Shown in pieces: positions 26,741-32,000 of a stretch of DNA of 32,000 nucleotides (positions are counted from its first letter, which is position 1; every line of letters starts with the position of its first letter). Location of the stretch: assembly GCF_000011325.1 (NCBI RefSeq), contig NC_003450.3, positions 780,001 through 812,000 on the forward strand. The letters run 5' to 3'. Made by a program: the position numbers and the translations under genes. The notes under the pieces are model-generated. The model worked only from the letters and a program-made list of their open reading frames with translations, was not told the DNA's origin and did not search any database. The DNA comes from Corynebacterium glutamicum ATCC 13032. GTDB lineage: Bacteria > Actinomycetota > Actinomycetes > Mycobacteriales > Mycobacteriaceae.

Positions 26741-27939
26741 CCTAGAGCAACGATCTCAGAGCCACGCTTTTCGACGATCACCTGCCCTACAACGCCGAGC
26801 GCAACTTCACCGTCGTAGCCCGCACGGTCCACCGGAATGGTGCGCTGCACCTCTCCGGTGTCCCAATTAGCTACCGTGATGCCCTCAGCGGTGGGGTAGA
26901 GGAGACTTCCGTTCAACGCAATGCCGGTTCCTAAAGCATCATTGAAGCTTTGTCGTACATTGAGCTGAGTGGGAGAGAACAGTACGAGGCTGTCTCCGTT
27001 GAACCAACTCATATGGTGTGGAAGATCAGCGGTCGCGCTTTGAAACGGCGGATCCGGGAACTCAACCTCATCGACTGCTTGTTCTCCAACTAGTTCACCA
27101 TCATCGTTGTAGGAGACGATTCGAGGCGAAGGATCGTTTGTATACACCGCAGCCACTGATTGACCGATGGCAACGATCCTGCCATCGGTTATTTCTATGT
27201 CTTGGGTGATTTCAGGAGTTCGGGAATCGTCTGGTGTTGTGCCCATGAACCTCAAGTAAGAAGATCCGTCAGGGCAATCCTCGGTGATAGCCAATAGATC
27301 TTTGCGTGTCATGGCGGACGTAATCGAGCATTCCGGATGTGGTTGTTGCCCAGATTCTTGAGGAGCTTCCACATCGCCGTATTCGATGGTTCGCACCAGA
27401 TCGGATCGCCAAAGCTCCAAGCGTTCTGTCCCGAGAACACCGATCCGATCGTTCGAGGAGATCGGTGCTACGTGGTCGCTGGAGATTGCGCTGCGTGTTG
27501 CTTGGTATTGGCCGTCGTTGGCGTTGATGGCGGTGACGTCGCCACATCCGATTCCGGTTTTGTAGGTGGCGACGGCGGCGTCGAATCCTACGGAGAGGCT
27601 GCAGAGTTCTTTGTCGCGTTCGTAGCTCCACAGGAGGGCGCCGTCGGGGGTGTAGGTCTTGATGGTGTTGCCGTCGGCGGTGGAGATGACTCCGCCGGTG
27701 ATGAGGGGTTTGTGGTTTGTTGAGGTGTCGGTGGCTCGCCAATGTTCGCTGAGTGTTTCGGGGATGGCGTCCAGTGTGGTTGAGGCGATGAATGGTTCGT
27801 CGGCGGGGGTGAGTTCAGATCCTCGTATTGGTGCGGTTGCCCAGACCGTGCCGACGCCAATGACTGCTAGTGCTGTGATGACACCGGTTGCGATGAGGTC
27901 TTTTTTGGTGCGTTTGAGTGGTTGAAGCTTTGCTGCCAT
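26737..27939 (-). CDS. Membrane-anchored secreted protein, Rv3212-like (probable beta-propeller / PQQ-like repeats)
   Basis: 400-aa ORF with N-terminal anchor LIATGVITALAVIGVGTVWA. It lies immediately downstream of rhlE with a 3-nt gap, as I recall for Rv3211/Rv3212 in mycobacteria. Confidence 0.7.
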   Translation of the reverse strand: MAAKLQPLKRTKKDLIATGVITALAVIGVGTVWATAPIRGSELTPADEPFIASTTLDAIPETLSEHWRATDTSTNHKPLITGGVISTADGNTIKTYTPDGALLWSYERDKELCSLSVGFDAAVATYKTGIGCGDVTAINANDGQYQATRSAISSDHVAPISSNDRIGVLGTERLELWRSDLVRTIEYGDVEAPQESGQQPHPECSITSAMTRKDLLAITEDCPDGSSYLRFMGTTPDDSRTPEITQDIEITDGRIVAIGQSVAAVYTNDPSPRIVSYNDDGELVGEQAVDEVEFPDPPFQSATADLPHHMSWFNGDSLVLFSPTQLNVRQSFNDALGTGIALNGSLLYPTAEGITVANWDTGEVQRTIPVDRAGYDGEVALGVVGQVIVEKRGSEIVALG

Positions 27940-27942
27940 AAG

Positions 27943-29217
27943 TTATTTCCGGGTGCGGCGTGGTGGTCGTGGGGCTGTTCCGCCTAGAACTTTGGTTGGT
28001 GGTCCGACTCGTTCGGTGACACCTTCTGGGATGTCGAGTGTTTCAAGCAGCTCTGGTGAGGTGGAGAACCATTGTGGTGGGTTTGGTTGGCCGAGTTCGA
28101 GTTCGTTGTCGATGACAGTCCATTTGAGGGTTTCGTCGTAGCCGACAAGAGTGACGGCTGTTCCGTTGTGCCCTGCGCGTCCCGTGCGTCCGATACGATG
28201 GACGTAGGTCATAGGATCGTCGGGGGTTTGGTAGTTGATGACGTGGGTGACGTCATCAACATCGATGCCTCGGGCGGCTACGTCTGTGGCTACAAGGATG
28301 TCAATTTTTCCTGTGCGGAATGCGTTGAGTGATTTCTCGCGGGCTGGTTGGCCCATGTCGCCGTGCACTGATCCGACGGAGAATCCTCTGGAGGCTAGGT
28401 CTTCGGCAACTTGCGCTGCGGTGCGTTTCGTGCGGGCGAAGATGATCGTTTTGCCGCGATCTTTCGACTGCAGAATTTTCGCGGTGATGGCTTCCTTGTC
28501 CATTTTGTGTGCCTGAAAAACCACTTGTCTGGTGGTTTTGTGTGTTGCTGAGGCGTCCGATGTCTCGGCTCGGATGTGCACTGGTTTGTTCAGGAAGCTG
28601 CGTGCGAGTGTGAGGATCGCGCCGGGCATCGTGGCAGAGAACAGCATGGTTTGATGCTGGTGGGTGAGGGCACGGAGGATTTTTTCGATGTCGGGCAGAA
28701 AGCCCAGATCGAGCATTTCGTCGGCTTCATCGAGGACTAAGATCGCTACTTTGTCGAGCGATAGCGCGCCTCGTTTGTGCAGGTCGAGTAATCGTCCGGG
28801 TGTGCCTACGACAACGTCGACGCCGACTTTGAGTGCGTCGATCTGTTCTTCGTAGGGGGTGCCGCCGTAGAAGGTGAAGATCTTTAGCGGCAGGTTGGTT
28901 GCTGCGCGTTGGAGGTCGTCGCCGACTTGGACTGCGAGTTCTCGGGTGGGCACGATGACGAGGGCTCGGGGGGTACCGTCGGTTTCTGCGACGTCGGCTG
29001 AGTCGAAGACTCTATCGAGGAGTGGGACACCGAATCCGTAGGTTTTGCCCATGCCGGTGCGGGCTTGGCCGATGAAGTCGTGGCCGTCGAGCGCGATGGG
29101 AAGTGTGTACTCCTGGATCGCGAAAGTTCGGTTGATGCCGAGGGCTTCGAGTGCGTCGGTGATTTCCACCGCAACGCCGAGCTCTGTGAACGTAGGTCTG
29201 GGGCTTTCAGAAGACAC
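27943..29217 (-). CDS. rhlE: DEAD-box ATP-dependent RNA helicase
   Basis: 424-aa ORF. It has a Q-motif region, motif I ARTGMGKT, motif II VLDEADEMLD, motif III SAT and motif VI HRIGRTGRAG. Confidence 0.93.
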   Translation of the reverse strand: MSSESPRPTFTELGVAVEITDALEALGINRTFAIQEYTLPIALDGHDFIGQARTGMGKTYGFGVPLLDRVFDSADVAETDGTPRALVIVPTRELAVQVGDDLQRAATNLPLKIFTFYGGTPYEEQIDALKVGVDVVVGTPGRLLDLHKRGALSLDKVAILVLDEADEMLDLGFLPDIEKILRALTHQHQTMLFSATMPGAILTLARSFLNKPVHIRAETSDASATHKTTRQVVFQAHKMDKEAITAKILQSKDRGKTIIFARTKRTAAQVAEDLASRGFSVGSVHGDMGQPAREKSLNAFRTGKIDILVATDVAARGIDVDDVTHVINYQTPDDPMTYVHRIGRTGRAGHNGTAVTLVGYDETLKWTVIDNELELGQPNPPQWFSTSPELLETLDIPEGVTERVGPPTKVLGGTAPRPPRRTRK

Positions 29218-29285
29218 AACTTAGATACTATCGTTGCACGGTTACAATAGGGTCATTCCAATACAACGATTCTTTTAGGAGAGCT

Positions 29286-29513
29286 ATGGATATCAAGATC
29301 GGATTTGCCGATACTGCCCGTGAACTGGTCATTTCTTCTGCTTTGCAGCAGGATGAGGCCGCTGCGAAGGTGTCGGAGGCTTTGGCTAATGATTCTGGCG
29401 TTTTAGATTTGAGCGATGAAAAGGGTCGCCGTTACATTATTCGTAATAGCCGAATCGCTTATGTTGAGGTCGGCACGAGTGCTCCTCGTACTGTCGGCTT
29501 CGCTGGCGCATAG
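29286..29513 (+). CDS. DUF3107-like small conserved actinobacterial protein
   Basis: 75-aa ORF with AGGAGAG upstream. MDIKIGFADTARELVI...YVEVG resembles the family typified by M. tuberculosis TB9.4, as I remember it. Confidence 0.75.
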   Translation: MDIKIGFADTARELVISSALQQDEAAAKVSEALANDSGVLDLSDEKGRRYIIRNSRIAYVEVGTSAPRTVGFAGA

Positions 29514-29527
29514 GGGCTTTTAGACAC

Positions 29528-30397
29528 GTGTCGTCTAAGGAACCTTTTTTGGTCCGCTTTGCGCGGGATTATGGTTGGCGTGCGTACGCCATCCCGGTGT
29601 TGACGGTCATTACTGTTTGGGTGCTGTTCGACGTGTTTTCTGCCGATCAGCCCGCTAATGGTGCGAGTGGGGAAGCGTCGACAAGCTTATCGACGCCCAC
29701 CTCCACCCTCCGCGCCGGCCCCGACCCCGCGCAGGCCGAACCGCAAAGCGTTCCGCTGACGGAACTGCCGCCTGGCGGCAGCTACACCGAAACCGGTGCT
29801 GGCACTTTCCGCCAGGTCGGCGCTGCTCTTCCTCGCGTGGGCGAGGGGCAGGAACAAACTTTTACGTACGTCATTGAGATTGAGGATGGCGTCAACACGG
29901 CCGCTTATGGTGGCGACGATGCGTTCGTCGCAGCCGTCGATGCGACCTTGTCCGACCCCAAAGGCTGGACCGCCGACCCCGCGTTTGCCTTCGAGCATAT
30001 TTCTGGCGACGAGGACCCGGATCTGCGCATTCAACTGACCTCGCTGAGCACTACGCATGAGTTGTGTGGGAATGACATCGAGATGGAAACGAGCTGTTTC
30101 TACTCCGATGGCGGACGCGTCATGATCAACGAATCACGATGGATCCGTGGAGCCGCACCTTTTAAGGGCGATCTGGGCTCTTACCGCCAGTACTTAATCA
30201 ATCACGAAGTCGGGCACGGCCTCGGCTACGCCGCCCATGATGCCTGCACCGCCCCTGGCGAGCTCGCTCCGATTATGATGCAGCAAACTTTGAGCTTGAA
30301 TAATTCTGAACTTTTCCGCATCGACCCAGATGAGGTTTACCCCGACGACGACGCCACCTGCGAATTCAACCCATGGCCGTATCCTCGCGGATTTTAG
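29528..30397 (+). CDS. DUF3152-like membrane-anchored putative zinc metallopeptidase
   Basis: 289-aa ORF with a GTG start. The N-terminal TM is WRAYAIPVLTVITVWVLFDVF. The zincin motif HEVGHGLG is present in INHEVGHGLGYAAH. Confidence 0.78.
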   Translation: MSSKEPFLVRFARDYGWRAYAIPVLTVITVWVLFDVFSADQPANGASGEASTSLSTPTSTLRAGPDPAQAEPQSVPLTELPPGGSYTETGAGTFRQVGAALPRVGEGQEQTFTYVIEIEDGVNTAAYGGDDAFVAAVDATLSDPKGWTADPAFAFEHISGDEDPDLRIQLTSLSTTHELCGNDIEMETSCFYSDGGRVMINESRWIRGAAPFKGDLGSYRQYLINHEVGHGLGYAAHDACTAPGELAPIMMQQTLSLNNSELFRIDPDEVYPDDDATCEFNPWPYPRGF

Positions 30398-30404
30398 GAG
30401 ATAA

Positions 30405-31166
30405 ATGTCTAATCAATTACCCGATCACGTCCGCGACGCCTTCCAAGTAGGTGCGGGACCTGCCGAACAACTCGGTCAAGCTTGGGACTTCGGATTCCGC
30501 GTCGGCAACACTGTGTTCGCCAAAGTGACGGCGCCGGAAGTGTCGGGCTGGTCGTCGAAAACCCGCGAAACCCTGAAACCAGAAGGCGTGCGCGTCGTAC
30601 GACCGATCCGCTCCACCGACGGCCGATTTGTGGTTGCGGGGTGGCGCGCATCGGTGTTCTCTACGGGAACGATCAGCAAGCGAGTCGATGAGACGGTCGT
30701 TGCGGGTCTTCGTTTGGCAGATGCATTAGTGGATACGCATGCACCGGAACCTGTGGACAATGTGTTTAACCGTGCTGATGTGCAGGCCTGGGAAGAGCAG
30801 CCCGGTCGAATCGGTGAATTGTTGGAGCCGATTAATCGCGTGAACCAGGTTGGTCATGCGGATATGTTGGCGACAACGCTGTATGCGGGAACTCAGCCAC
30901 CTGCAGTGACGGATTTGGTGCCAGTGCTGCGTCCGCATGGTTTCACTGCGGCATTGGTGATCGTTGATGGGTTGCTGCTGGGTGCGGTTGATGAGGGAAT
31001 TCTGCGGAGGTTTTCGCATTTGCCGGAAATTGAGCAGCTGGTTTTGAGGGCATTTTTGTTCCGTCGAAACTTGCAGGAGTTCTCTGAGAACAACGATCCG
31101 AATGTTATTTCGAACCTAAACAGGGTGGAATCGACACTCGTGTCGTATGTTTCTGACAAGATTTGA
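30405..31166 (+). CDS. Conserved actinobacterial hypothetical protein (TIGR02569-like, Rv3205c position)
   Basis: 253-aa ORF with AGGAG upstream of the ATG. It holds the conserved position between the DUF3152 gene and the helicase gene. The family assignment is from memory. Confidence 0.65.
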   Translation: MSNQLPDHVRDAFQVGAGPAEQLGQAWDFGFRVGNTVFAKVTAPEVSGWSSKTRETLKPEGVRVVRPIRSTDGRFVVAGWRASVFSTGTISKRVDETVVAGLRLADALVDTHAPEPVDNVFNRADVQAWEEQPGRIGELLEPINRVNQVGHADMLATTLYAGTQPPAVTDLVPVLRPHGFTAALVIVDGLLLGAVDEGILRRFSHLPEIEQLVLRAFLFRRNLQEFSENNDPNVISNLNRVESTLVSYVSDKI

Positions 31167-31169
31167 GGT

Positions 31170-32000
31170 ATGTCGGAATACAAACCACCCATTCCATCGG
31201 ATCCACAAGTTCGGCTGATTAAGCCAACATCCAAGCTTCGTCCTCGTTCGTGGGAGGGCGAAGTTTCGCATTTAGTTAAACAAGGCACCGGTTTGTGGCG
31301 GGTGACTGGTGAGGCGGGCTCGGGGGTGAGCTCCGCTGTTGTCGATACTGTCCTTGAACGCATTCGCCAAGGGTGGGAGCCGTCATCGATGTTGGTTGTC
31401 GCCACGTCGAAAGAGGCGGCGAGTCGCTTGAGGCAAGAGATCTCGGAATCCGTAGCCCAGATGGATTATGTGTCGGAGGGGCCGTTGGTGCGATCGGTGC
31501 ACTCGGTGGCTTTCGCGCTGATTCGTGATGCGTCGGATGATGATGTGCGGTTGATTACGGGCGCTGAGCAAGATGCGGTGATTCGGGAGTTGCTGCGTGG
31601 TCATGCTGATGATGGTCGTGGGGGGTGGCCGCAGGAGCAGCGTGAGGGTTTGCGGATGGTGGGGTTCGCTAGGCAGTTGCGTGACTTTTTGCTTCGTGCG
31701 GTGGAGCGTGGTGTGGGCCCTGATGAGTTGGTGGAATTGGGGGAGCGATTTGAGCGCGCCAATTGGGTTGCTGCGGGTGAGTTCCTTCGTGAGTACAAGC
31801 AGGTGATGAAGCTGTCGGGGGCGCATAGTTTTTCTGCGTCTGAGTTGGTGACTGAAGCGCTGCGTGGTCCTGAGCCGTCGGTGAAGTATCGCGGTGTGTT
31901 TATTGATGATGCGCAGCATTTGGATCCGAAGTCGGCGGAACTTGTGTCGCGGTTTTTCCCTGAGGCGGAGTTGGCTGTGGTGGCGGGTGATCCGCAGCAG
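31170..32000 (+). CDS. UvrD/Rep-family helicase-nuclease subunit (AdnA-like), 5' part, runs off the window
   Basis: It is not in the ORF track because it has no stop within the window. Hand translation from ATG 31170 is open to 32000 (277 codons): MSEYKPPIPSD...WRVTGEAGSGVSSAVVDT...LVVATSKEAASRLRQEI...VHSVAFALIRD...GAEQDAVIRELL. The P-loop-like GEAGSGVS and the UvrD-like motifs fit the Rv3202c position. Confidence 0.8.
   Translation, partial: MSEYKPPIPSDPQVRLIKPTSKLRPRSWEGEVSHLVKQGTGLWRVTGEAGSGVSSAVVDTVLERIRQGWEPSSMLVVATSKEAASRLRQEISESVAQMDYVSEGPLVRSVHSVAFALIRDASDDDVRLITGAEQDAVIRELLRGHADDGRGGWPQEQREGLRMVGFARQLRDFLLRAVERGVGPDELVELGERFERANWVAAGEFLREYKQVMKLSGAHSFSASELVTEALRGPEPSVKYRGVFIDDAQHLDPKSAELVSRFFPEAELAVVAGDPQQ

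Noticed and set aside
1-32000. A window-wide search for tRNA, rRNA, IS elements, integrases, toxin-antitoxin pairs or defence-island gene sets.
   Set aside because: None was recognised. Apart from the DUF222-HNH gene, every gene fits conserved actinobacterial housekeeping synteny.

Overview
This is a dense, mostly core-chromosomal actinobacterial window. From memory it looks like Corynebacterium glutamicum. The gene order is rmlA2/manC-whcD-...-pmmA-...-manA, then sahH-tmk-mtrA-mtrB-lpqB-comF-hpf-secA, then rsgA-aroA, then sigH-rshA-whcE, then rhlE and a UvrD-like helicase. This order is syntenic with what I remember of Mycobacterium tuberculosis Rv3264c..Rv3201c. All identifications come from reading motifs in the translations, not from a database search. 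I support 34 protein-coding genes. One is partial at the 3' edge, and one is a 24-codon gene absent from the supplied ORF track. I see no rRNA, tRNA, CRISPR, IS element, integrase or prophage signal. I do not see a convincing new multi-gene system, and the honest reading is a conserved housekeeping and cell-envelope region. The items most worth a second look are these: (1) an unlisted 24-aa Lys/Arg-rich ORF between rshA and whcE that looks like ribosomal protein bL37; (2) three TGTGA(A/C)T direct repeats at an exact 9-bp period upstream of whcD; (3) aroA and an SRAP gene whose divergent start codons are 10 bp apart, with -10-like boxes overlapping each other's ATG; (4) an intact DUF222-HNH gene that appears to be the only accessory insertion; (5) a perfect GlxR/CRP palindrome in the long AT-rich whcE upstream region; (6) a 435-bp non-coding stretch after secA; (7) an mtrB N-terminus whose homology extends upstream of any canonical start codon.
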